Assembly (NCBI GenBank): GCA_951406725.2
Contig: OX597821.1
Span: 114,328,001-114,392,000, forward strand
Source: Octopus vulgaris
Taxonomy: Eukaryota
Reading direction: 5' to 3'
DNA: 64,000 bases
Numbering within the stretch: the first letter of the stretch is position 1; each line of letters begins with the position of its first letter. Shown in pieces: positions 55,451 through 64,000 of this stretch. The position numbers and the translations under genes are program-made. Below the pieces are notes generated by a model. The model saw nothing but the letters and a program-made list of their open reading frames with translations, was not told the DNA's origin and did not search any database.

Positions 55451-56536
55451 CGTTCGCCTACACACCCCAACTTCCGGCTTCCTAACTTTTCTTAATCAGT
55501 CTCAACACTTTTTTGCCTTATGCCTTTTAAACAATATTGATTTCACATATTGATCACATTTAGAGACAGGGACTGGGCTTAGTAATAACTACGAGAGTTA
55601 AGGAGGGGGTACGATAAAGGAGACGAGAGGAAGAGATGAATGAGTCGGAAGGGCCTAAGAGAGGGTGATGCAAAATCTGCCTGTTTCAAGAAGCAGGGGT
55701 CACTTATCTTCCTTGTACCATCGCTTTTTGGTAAAGTAATCAATTTGACAGACGCCACGCTTCTGTCTTTCCTAGTTTTACTGCTGAGACTCCTGCTACT
55801 TGGAGTAGGATGATGTGTTCCCTCGGACCATCCCGATCCACTCGTCTTCTCCTCTCGTTATCCATGCTGTGACCCCCCCCCCTTCTCAACTCCTTGATCC
55901 TACATAAATCGCTACATACAATCCTGCCTTCACAGAATGTCAACTATCCTGGAGTTCCTTTTCCTTTATTTTCCCTGCCGCCGTCGTCAACATGAAAACT
56001 GTTCAGAAGAAACATCAGCCGCGTCGATCTCGCACTGGAAAGCTGCAAACGACATCCTCTTCCTCCAGACCAAGTCATTAAAAAAAAATAAATTATTTTA
56101 AAAACATAACTGTGGCACCGCCTTCATGGACCACATGTGGAGAAACAAACTTCTTAACCACACAGCCACGCCTACGCCTCTTCACCAGTTTAAAAAATAT
56201 TTTAATTGAGTGTTTTCGTGACTACATCATACCAACACACTCAACTTAACAATTGTTTTACATTATGTCCGAATGCTCTTCATTATGCGTATCCACCCAC
56301 AATTTCATGTCTTATATCTCTATTATGTTGTGCAAGTAAAATATTTCCTTTCCACGAAAGATATATCACCGTCTCACCAAAACAATCTGTCTGGCATCCC
56401 ACAAACTTTTGCCTTTTTTTAACACAAAACGAGGAGGAATTTCAATATATATGAATATGCTATTAACTTGTAAATGTCAAAAATGTGGTTATTGTTGCTA
56501 TCAAACAGATTTTCTTTATTTTCTTGCCTTTATCTT

Positions 56537-57139
56537 AAGCTGGTTCGGGCTTCTTTGTGTGTTTAAGAACTTCACTCCCCAGTCATGTAGTTCCAGGTTG
56601 GATGCCAATGCACGATATGTTAAGAGGTCATTCTTTTCCCCCACAGCGTCGTGTTGACCAATTCCTTGTTAGTAGAATTTGGTGGACAGAAACAGCGAAG
56701 GTCAAAAGAAAACGACTGACTTCCACTGCTTCCATCTAACAAAATCTAGTAATAATGTGTGTGTGTGTGTGTGTGTGAGTGAGTGTGTATGTGTGTGTGC
56801 TCGTGTGAGTGTGTGTGCGTACACACACAAACATGTAGCCTATTGGTTAGGATGCTATCTACGATCATAAGGTCTTGGGTTCGATTCACTGACAATGAAT
56901 CTCTAAGCAAATAGAATTATAAATGACGGTTTCAAATTTTAGCACAAAGACAGCAGATTACATTACCCCCACTCCACCCTGAATTTCCTCGACCCCTGAA
57001 AGGATAAAAGACAAAATCGACCTCAGTGGCATTTAAATTCAGAACGGAAAGACGGACGAAATGTTGCCAAGAGTTTTGCTCGACGTGCAAACGATTCTGC
57101 CGTTTCACTGCCTAAAAAAGAAAAAGGCTGTAATTATAT

Positions 57140-57187
<48 letters not shown>

Positions 57188-57610
57188 ATTGTTGTCACCG
57201 GCAAGTAAATATGATGAAATGAAGACCCCGGTCAGTGATTCGAACCCAAGACCTTGTGATTGTAAACAACATCCTAACCAATAGGTTACATGTGCATGCA
57301 CGTACACACACACGCACACACACACGCGCACACGCACACGCACACACACACGCGCACACGCACACGCACACACACACACATACACACGCACACAGTTACT
57401 CGATTTTGTTAGACGGAAGCAGTGGAAGTCAGTCGTTTTCTATTGACCTTCGCTGTTTCCCTCCACCAAATTCTACTAACAAGGAATTGGTCAACACGAC
57501 GCTGTGGGGGAAAGAATGGCCTCTTAACGTATCGTGCATTGGCATCCAACCTGGAACTACATGACTGGGGAGCGAAGTTCTTAAACACACAAAGAAACCC
57601 GAACCAGCTT
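56537..57610. repeat. Long inverted duplication (56537-56893 / 57231-57610) around a SINE B fragment
   Basis: The arms are reverse complements including unique sequence, a (TG)n tract and a tRNA-like head (gtagcctattggttagg..gggttcgattc). Confidence 0.9.
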
Positions 57611-57712
57611 GACGTAGAAATTTTCTACGGAAATAACAATACAACACAAACTCACTGGAGTTTGAGAAATATAATGAAGTTTTCATAGAAAACAAAACCA
57701 AATTCTTGATAT

Positions 57713-57876
57713 GAGTGGCTGTGTGGTAAGTAGCCTGCTTACCAACCACATGGTTCCGGGTTCAGTCCCAATGCGTGGCACTTTGGGCAAGTGTCTTTTA
57801 CTATAGCCTTGGGCCGACCAAAGCCTTGTGAGTGGATTTGGTAGATGGAAACTGAAAGAAACCCGTCGTATATATG

Positions 57877-57907
<31 letters not shown>

Positions 57908-58120
57908 TTATGTTTGTCCCCCCCCCTCCAACATCGCTTAACAACCGATGCTGGTGTGTTTACGTCCCCGTAACTTAGCGGTTCGGCAAAAGGGAACGAT
58001 AGAATAAGTACTAGGCTTGCAAAGAATAAGTCCTGGAGTCGATTTGCTCGACTAAAGGTGGTGCTCCAGCATGGCCGCAGTCAGATGACTGAAACAGGTA
58101 AAAGAGTAAGAGTAAAAGAG
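57713..58120 (+). mobile_element. SINE family A
   Basis: Matches 2961-3400. Confidence 0.9.
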
Positions 58121-58949
58121 AGATATATCATAATCTTTTGCCTGCACCGAAACAAAGATAAAAATCCTGATAGAATTCCTTCATCTGTAAGTAAACAAGG
58201 GAGAAAACTCATTATTCTATTATTCAAGGGAAAGAACTTTTGATCTCCACTAAAGTTTGAGCTAAGTTTTTAATTTATTTCAGACCATCTTGTATTTGAA
58301 GGCATAAAAAAAACACACAGCCATAATAGACGTACCCCCAATTTCAGCAACGCATATTCAAAATAACTTTTTAGTGAATAAAATGAATACAGAAGATCCA
58401 TCGTCACGTATAGGAGCCAGAATGTTATTTTTGAAACACTCTTGGGGGAAATGGGAAAATGTGCCTCTTATATACCATCAAATACAGTATTTTTTCGTTT
58501 CAGTTTTCAATGACCTTATTTAACATGACACTTTTCTAAAATATACTTTGCTAAAATATACTTTTAGCACATTTTATAAGCAAATCGATGATTCGATAAT
58601 TTGATTAGTTTAACAATAAATAAACGATACAGCTCTCGTGTGAACTCACTCGTATGATCTTTATAATAATATTAAAACAGCATTTTAAATATACTGCCCT
58701 CTATATATTCATTAAGTTTATTATTGAATTAACCTCTTGACTTTCACTAAGCAACTTCACTCGATAAACAACTAAACAAATTCACTGGAACCTAACGAAC
58801 GAGTTTCTATGGTTAGTTAGCCTGCTACAAATGGTACCCAAATGTTCATATTTTAAAAGCACACATCAGATAGTCCTTGATAGGGACTATGCCTAGTGAA
58901 GTGGTGGGGATGATCACAACTGGATTTTTTTTTTTTTTATTGTTACCAT

Positions 58950-59148
58950 ACCTATTTCTTTACTGCCCACAAGGGGCTACACACAGAGGGGACGAACAAG
59001 GACAGATAAACGGATTAAGTCGATTATATCGACCCCAGTGCGTAACTGGTACTTATTTAATCGACCTCTAAAGGATGAAAGGCAAAGTCGACCTCGGCGG
59101 AATTTGAACTCAGAACGTAAACACAGATGAAATACCGCTAAGCATTTC
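58950..59148 (-). mobile_element. SINE family B, 5'-truncated
   Basis: Matches the family B body and tail. Confidence 0.85.
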
Positions 59149-59305
59149 AGCGTGTATATATCCTGCAAAGAGCAACACCACTGAGAAGGCAGTTCGGTGA
59201 CTTGCATGTCGACGCATGATAGCCAACACAACTTCTGAACCACACAGAAAGAACTGACGGGATGTGGTGGTGTTGTTCCTGTCCTTTCACGTTATATACA
59301 TTGGT

Positions 59306-59712
59306 TACTCTTTTACTCGTTTCAGTCATTTGACTGCGGCCATGCTGGAGCACCACCTTTAGTCGAGCAAATCGATCCCGGGACTTATTCTTTGTAAGCC
59401 CAGTATTTATTCTATCGGTCTCTTTTGCCGAACCGCTAAAGGACGGGGACGTAAACACACCAGCATCGGTTGTCAAGCAATGCTGGGGGGACAAACACAG
59501 ACACACAAACATATACACACACTTATATATATATATATATACATATATACGACAGGCTTCTTTTAGTTTCCGTCTACCAAATCCACTCACAAGGCATTGG
59601 TCGGCCCGGGGCTATAGCAGAAGACACTTGCCCAAGATGCCACGCAGTGGGACTGAACCCGGAACCATGTGGTTGGTAAGCAAGCTACTTACCACACAGC
59701 CACTCCTGCGCC
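59306..59712 (-). mobile_element. SINE family A, full length
   Basis: Near-identical to 4484-4900. Confidence 0.9.
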
Positions 59713-60439
59713 TATAGCCACTTAAGTTACAGATTGTTTATACGAAATTATCGGATGTCACTGTCGACACATCCGGTCATTTTCTCTTTTTTTTTTTTTT
59801 TTTTTTTACACTTTTACACTGCATGCTAATCCTTTTTTAATCATAGGAATACTCAACCTGGCAGACCAAATTACATTTGTGTTTTCTATGATAGCAGACA
59901 TGCTGCTCTATAAATATGTGATGCTGAGTGCCCCTCTCTATCATTTAACAAGATGACTCCTTTCAGAACTAAAGTCTCCTTGTTAAATGATGAAGAAAGA
60001 CGCCATATTAGATTGTTTATATTTAATAATTATATATTCTACTTCAACCATCCTAAATATGAAACACCGAAGACCAATATTGATCCTTAATCTTTAATGT
60101 TTTGTATATTTATGATGGTCTTCTTGCAGCCGCAACGACAGAGATCGCTTTGCCGGACATTGTTAAAGAGTTAAGCAACAAGTCGTTACGGACGGCCACC
60201 ATTATTATTATCATTTTAATGTTCACTTTCCTATGTTTGCATGGGTCAGAAAGAGTTTATGTAAGGCAGGTTTTCTACGACCAAATACTTTTCTTGTCAC
60301 CAATTTTCAACTGCTTCCAAACAAGGTAACCCACGACCCCATTGGTCAGGCATGCTTTGCCAGATTGGGAATAAACGGTAGTGCTTGTGTGAAGTGGCAC
60401 TCATTTACAACTATTACGCATACCAAGACAAACACACAC

Positions 60440-60471
<32 letters not shown>

Positions 60472-60651
60472 TCACATACATATACACACACACATATATA
60501 TATATACTCACATACATATACACACACACATATATATATATACTCACATACATATACACACACACATATATATACTCACATACATATACACACACACACA
60601 TATATACTCACATACATATACACACACACACACACATACTCACATACATAT

Positions 60652-60706
<55 letters not shown>

Positions 60707-60880
60707 GCTTCTTTTGAGTTTCCTCTATTAAATTCACTCACAAGGCTTTGATCAGCCAAAGACTATAGTAGAAGGCACTTGCCGAAGGTGTCACGCAGTA
60801 GTATTGAACCTAGAACCATGCGGTGAGAGTGTAAACATTTTACCACCAAGCCACGTTTGTGCCTATCCCGACATGGATAT

Positions 60881-61106
60881 GTATTTCTTTACTACTCACA
60901 AGGGGCTAAACATAGAGGGGACAAACAAGGACAAAGGGATTAACTCGATTACATCGACCCAGTGCGAAACTGGTACTTTATTTATTGACCCCGAGAGGAT
61001 GAAAGGCAAAGTCAACCTCGACAGAATTTGAACTCAGAACGTAACGACGGGCGAAATACCGCTAAGCATTTTGCCCGGCACGCAAACGTTTCTGCCAGCT
61101 CGCCGC
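60881..61106 (-). mobile_element. SINE B with 11-bp TSD
   Basis: cccgacatgga at 60867-60877 and 61110-61120. Confidence 0.85.
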
Positions 61107-61519
61107 TTCCCCGACATGGAAATAAACAGGTTGAAAACTATGCCAGTGGATCTCTGCTGTTTAATCATCTGAGTTATCTGCCCCTGAATTTGCATAACAG
61201 TGACCGAGCCTTCCACAGACAGGAGTACCCTAACGTAATCCTTCGCCAGGCTCAGTGTAACGCGGTGTGTGACAAGGCTGTACCTTCAGAATTGCAGCTA
61301 CTATTCACCCGACAGGTTTCTATAAGGTTTCATCAACCAAATTTCAACCATAAGCTATGTTTCGACCCAAGGCCACAGAAAATTACATTTCTTTATATCA
61401 AGATCTCCAGCGGTGGAATTTCACTCAGGATAACATGGATGTGAAGCAAACTTCTGAAATTCGGTGGTCCTGCTCCAACAGAAAACTCTGTGTGTGTGTG
61501 TGTGTGTGTGTCTGTGTCT

Positions 61520-61568
<49 letters not shown>

Positions 61569-63210
61569 CGCATGTGGTTATGTCAATAAGTCGGTAAAAA
61601 GCACACTAGTGAAATTTTTGGAAGCTGCCCTCATGAGAGCAAATTAATTTTGATGCACACTTGTATGTCTATTTCTGTCGATACATAGACAGACAGACAG
61701 ACAGAGTTTACACCAATCCAAGGGAAATAACTCTTCTCTCCATCCCCGAAAATAAAAATTTGTTTCACTCCATTTCTTATTACCATCATCCAGACACCTT
61801 AGAACCTGTGTACTTCCAACAGGGTCGGTATATTTGAAGGGTCATCAGTATTACCTAGGAGTAGTCTTCAACCTAAAACTGACAATATTTTCACCACTTA
61901 TATGCCATAATTAGTAATACATTCCTGAACAAGATATGTAATTTTCTATCATTTAAGCCTGTTACTTATTGTCATCTCTTTTGCCGAGCCACTAAGTTAC
62001 TGGGATTTAAACGCATCAAGTTGTAGTGGAGGACATCCACAAACACTCATATTTACATTTACATATATATATATATATATACACACACATAAGTTCAGCA
62101 AAATTTAGATTCAAATGAATACTATCATGTTCTTAACAATCAAAGCAACCTCTCTGTCTGTATATCTACCCTCTTTATAATGTTGGCAAAAGAAATGTAA
62201 ATAAGTATATGTGTTGTCCGTTTGATGGAAGACTTCTATAAATGGCTGAAGATTGCTCAACATTTTAAAACTGATGTAATACTTACAATGTTTAATAAAA
62301 TGAAGTAGCATGAAACGATTGTACCAAATTACCAAAGATATACTTGTCGCTTATTTTGATTATATATATATATATATAGCAAATGAAATCCAAAGGGATT
62401 TTAACCCAATATTTAAACACCGTTATTTATAGCTTTATCTGCTTCAAGATTCACCTTTCTTAAAGAAAAGCCATAACTATGTGTGTGTGTGTGTGTAAGA
62501 CAGGTTTCTTTCAGTTTCCATCTACCAAATCCACTACAAGGCTTTGGTTAGTCCGATGCTATAGTAAAAGACACTTTCCCAAGGTGCCATGCAGTGGGAC
62601 TGAACCTGGAACCATATGGCCGGAAGCAAATTTCTTACCACACAGCCACACCTGCACATATATATAATCATCATTTAATGTCCTAGTTCCATGCTGGGTT
62701 GAGGTGAATGGTTTGACAGGAGCTGGCCAAGAAAGAGCCTGCACCAGACTTCTGTGTCTGCATTTAGCATGGTTTTTACAGCTGGATGCCCTTCCTAACA
62801 CCAATCACCTTGCAAGGTGGACACACAGAAGAAAGAATGATTATAAAGTACCATCGTCATCATGATTTAGTGTCCATCTTCCATGCTACCAAGCCAGAGG
62901 GCTGCACCAAGATCCACTGTCTGCATTTGGCATGGTTTTATGGGTTTTACAGCTAGATGCCCTTCCTAATGCCAACCACCTTACAGAGGGGGGTGGGTGC
63001 ATTTTACATGGCACCAGCAAGGGGGGTGGTCTTTCAATTTCCATCTACCAAATCCACTCACAGGGCTTGGGTCGGTTTGGAGCTGCAGTAGAAGAAACTT
63101 TCTTAAGTGGCCATGCAGTAGGACTGAACCCAAAACGATGTGGTTGGGAAGCAGACTTCTCAAACCACACGGCCACACCTGTACCCATGCATATGTGTGG
63201 GTGGGGGGGT

Positions 63211-63470
63211 GAAGGTGGATGGCTTAGTGATTAGGGTATTCAGTTCACAACTGTAAGGTCTTGAGCTCGATTCCTGGAGGTGCATTGTGTCCTTGAGCAA
63301 GACACTTTATTTCCTATTGCTCCAGTCCACTCAGCTGGCAAAAATGAGTTCTACCTGTAATTCAAAGGGTTGGCCTTACCACATTCCATGACATTGAGGA
63401 TATGTGTGCCTCTGGAGTGCTCAGAACCTTAATTTCAAAACCATTGATTGCATTAACTGGAACCCTTGTT
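63211..63470 (+). mobile_element. tRNA-derived SINE family D
   Basis: tggcttagtgattaggg A-box, gctcgattcc B-box, core gtgtccttgagcaagacacttt. A reverse fragment lies at about 61140-61300. Confidence 0.7.
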
Positions 63471-64000
63471 GTCAAAATTAACAGAGTGCTGGGTTTTTTT
63501 TTTGGTTTACTAATACTTTAATGATTTAATGTCTTTTATATGATCGTTTATGCTGATGGCATGACAATGGCAGTTGTAATCTGCCAGTATTTCCCTATAT
63601 CCAATGGTAATTCATAAAACCACTCAACTGTTTGTCCAGTATACCATGGTAAAGCAGTCACCATGCCTTGCTGAGGTGCACTCAACAAAATTTAGCTTTC
63701 GTCCAATGTTGTTTCCTGTATTGGCAAACGAAAATTACTCACTGACCAAATATAAAAGACCTGTAGGAACCAGAGTTGTTCAGAGAGAAATGAGAAAGCT
63801 GTGCCGTATGAACAACTTTAACAATGGTAATCTCATGTGCTTCAGTTGATTGATAAAATTACAAAAACACACATAAAACAAAAGCCACAGCATTGGTACA
63901 GGATGCGATTCCAACTAAAAACAAAAGACGGTAACATGAACTATTTCCTTTAGGAAAAACCAGTTCATACACAAAAATAATAATAATAATAATAATCTTT

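Noticed and set aside
63548-63691. Minus-strand open stretch ILLSAPQQGMVTALPWYTGQTVEWFYELPLDIGKYWQITTAIVMPSA*
   Set aside because: Protein-like but only 47 codons, with no family recognised and no strong acceptor. BLASTX/RNA-seq would be needed.

Overview
AT-rich, microsatellite-saturated eukaryotic genomic DNA, most likely from an octopus (inferred from the tRNA-derived SINE families and the (TA)n/(TATG)n/(TAA)n load). Only one convincing host gene is present: a single coding exon (12722-13108, +) encoding a two-TM TMEM74/neurensin-family protein. The rest is repeats. These include at least four tRNA-derived SINE families (some with clear TSDs and one multimer), (TAA)n-targeted Dong/R4-type RLE LINE fragments, RTE-like 3' ends, a tandemly duplicated non-autonomous Helitron, pogo/Tigger-like MITEs, and two Penelope-like GIY-YIG fragments. 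The strongest hidden signal is a dispersed set of about 10-12 minimal type-I hammerhead ribozyme motifs (CUGANGA / stem II / GAAA / palindromic mini stem III / UH). They sit in Penelope-like pseudo-LTR stubs, almost all pointing into a TA-rich microsatellite 40-280 nt downstream. Several are converted into fold-back palindromes, including a perfect 166-bp palindrome carrying a hammerhead on each strand, and palindromes whose axis or end coincides with ribozyme stem III or the cleavage site. All calls come from manual reading; no folding program or database search was run. Most ORF-track entries are microsatellite artefacts.
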